Origin: Candidatus Omnitrophota bacterium
GTDB lineage: Bacteria > Omnitrophota > Gorgyraeia > Duberdicusellales > 4484-171
Direction: 5' to 3'
Assembly: GCA_021735045.1 (NCBI GenBank)
Contig: JAIPHU010000005.1
Span: 30,001-62,000, forward strand
Length of the DNA: 32,000 bases
Positions within the stretch are counted from its first letter, which is position 1. Every line of letters begins with the position of its first letter. The translations under genes were made by a program, and so were the position numbers. The notes beneath the pieces were generated by a model. The model was not told the origin of the DNA. It made no database searches and saw nothing but the letters and a program-made list of their open reading frames with translations. Positions 31,174 through 32,000 of this stretch are shown here, piece after piece.

Positions 31174-32000
31174 TTACAAAATCAAGGGCTGAATCGAAAC
31201 AGCCTTTTTTTCTTTTTTTATCACAACTTTGGGTAAGTGGATACTAGCCTGGTCCCGGCCTTCTAAAACCAATTTTTTTACCTCAGCCAGATGGGCCTGA
31301 TCTATTCGGCGGGTATCCCCCTTTATTTGTTCAATAGCAATTCTTATTACATTATTAAAAATAGCCGGATGCAGTTCTCTTAGGCCTTTTAAATCAAGAG
31401 ATAAACCTCTCCCTGATTTTTTTTGCCGAAGACGCCTAAACTCACGCTCAGAGAAATTATAGATAAAATCATAATCAAGGCCAGTATTAACTGCTAGATC
31501 AGATAACCTGTCTGTAATAGATTCATTGATGGCTTCAAGCTGTGGCAGAAGTTTAATTCTTATCTTATTTCGGAGAAACTTTATGCTTCGATTGCTCTTG
31601 TCTAGGCAAAAAGAGATATTTTTTTTATCTAACCAGTTTAAAATTTGATCTTTTTCTAAATCAATAAAAGGCCTAACCACAGTTAAGCTCTTAAAATTAG
31701 ACTTAGGCAAAAACCCTCGTAACCCTTTTAAACCTGTACCTCTTATTATCCGCATTAAAACAGTTTCAGCTAAATCATCTTTATGATGAGCCAAAGCAAG
31801 TTTTTTTATTTTTGTTTGGCGAGAAACTTTTAGGAAAAAATCAAAACGTAACTTCCGAGCAGTTTGCTCTAAAGAGTCTCCGGTAAAGAAATCATTTACC
31901 ATCTTTTTTTCGCTAATAAACTCTATCTCTAACCTTTTACATAAATCTCTAATAAACTTTTCTTCCCGGTCGCTCTCTTCTCTTAGGCCATGATTAAAAT
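31174..32000 (-). CDS. tilS: tRNA(Ile)-lysidine synthase, C-terminal ~275 codons (gene runs off the right edge)
   Basis: The frame stays open upstream of the track's ATG (31902) to the window edge. It reads ...FNHGLREESDREEKFIRDLCKRLEIEFISEKKMVNDF..., and HxGLR + D..F...C is the TilS core. LALAHHKDDLAETVLMRIIRGTG follows. It lies upstream of ftsH, as in many bacteria. Confidence 0.85.
   Translation of the reverse strand, partial: FNHGLREESDREEKFIRDLCKRLEIEFISEKKMVNDFFTGDSLEQTARKLRFDFFLKVSRQTKIKKLALAHHKDDLAETVLMRIIRGTGLKGLRGFLPKSNFKSLTVVRPFIDLEKDQILNWLDKKNISFCLDKSNRSIKFLRNKIRIKLLPQLEAINESITDRLSDLAVNTGLDYDFIYNFSEREFRRLRQKKSGRGLSLDLKGLRELHPAIFNNVIRIAIEQIKGDTRRIDQAHLAEVKKLVLEGRDQASIHLPKVVIKKEKKAVSIQPLIL

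Overview
This is an AT-rich, gene-dense bacterial chromosomal window. Almost all of it is minus-strand housekeeping operons. I see no rRNA, CRISPR array, transposase or integrase.

Reading the minus strand from right to left, the order is:
- tilS (partial), ftsH, folP, cdaA, a 51-codon CdaR-like stub, pdxJ and acpS, followed by a hairpin block.
- nnrD, then tRNA-Thr, tRNA-Tyr and tRNA-Gly.
- gpsA and a hypothetical membrane-anchored protein.
- A structured RNA module, tRNA-Pro, a PilZ protein, hom, thrC, argS and recJ.
- After a short plus-strand island: a second copy of the structured RNA module, tRNA-Ala, nfo, leuS, comEA and comEC.
- A yefM/yoeB toxin-antitoxin cassette.
- bamD-like, lptE-like and holA-like genes, then murJ, uvrC, pilT, prfB and secA (partial).

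Only tRNA-Leu, a Ski2-like helicase, rpmB and rpsT lie on the plus strand.

LptE- and BamD-like lipoproteins suggest a diderm host. Several proteins are unusually short (UvrC, HolA, ComEC, CdaR), which is consistent with a reduced genome. I cannot assign taxonomy from the sequence alone.

The most interesting signal is non-coding. A roughly 160-190 nt module occurs twice (14195-14384 and 23034-23221). Each copy is fused to the 5' side of a different tRNA gene (Ala-GGC and Pro-GGG) and each has its own sigma70-like promoter. The two copies differ by compensatory base changes that keep four helices intact. I could not match the module to any RNA family I know, so I report it as a candidate undescribed structured RNA.

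Other observations:
- The TA cassette is bracketed by near-identical terminator hairpins and carries a GC-rich nested hairpin in its 3' region.
- The acpS/nnrD junction is duplicated around a three-hairpin insert.
- A tandem and inverted repeat block replaces the gpsA ribosome-binding region.
- The bamD-like gene has a leaderless-type promoter.
- The nnrD stop codon lies inside tRNA-Thr.

All promoter, terminator and RNA calls come from reading the sequence only and are unverified.
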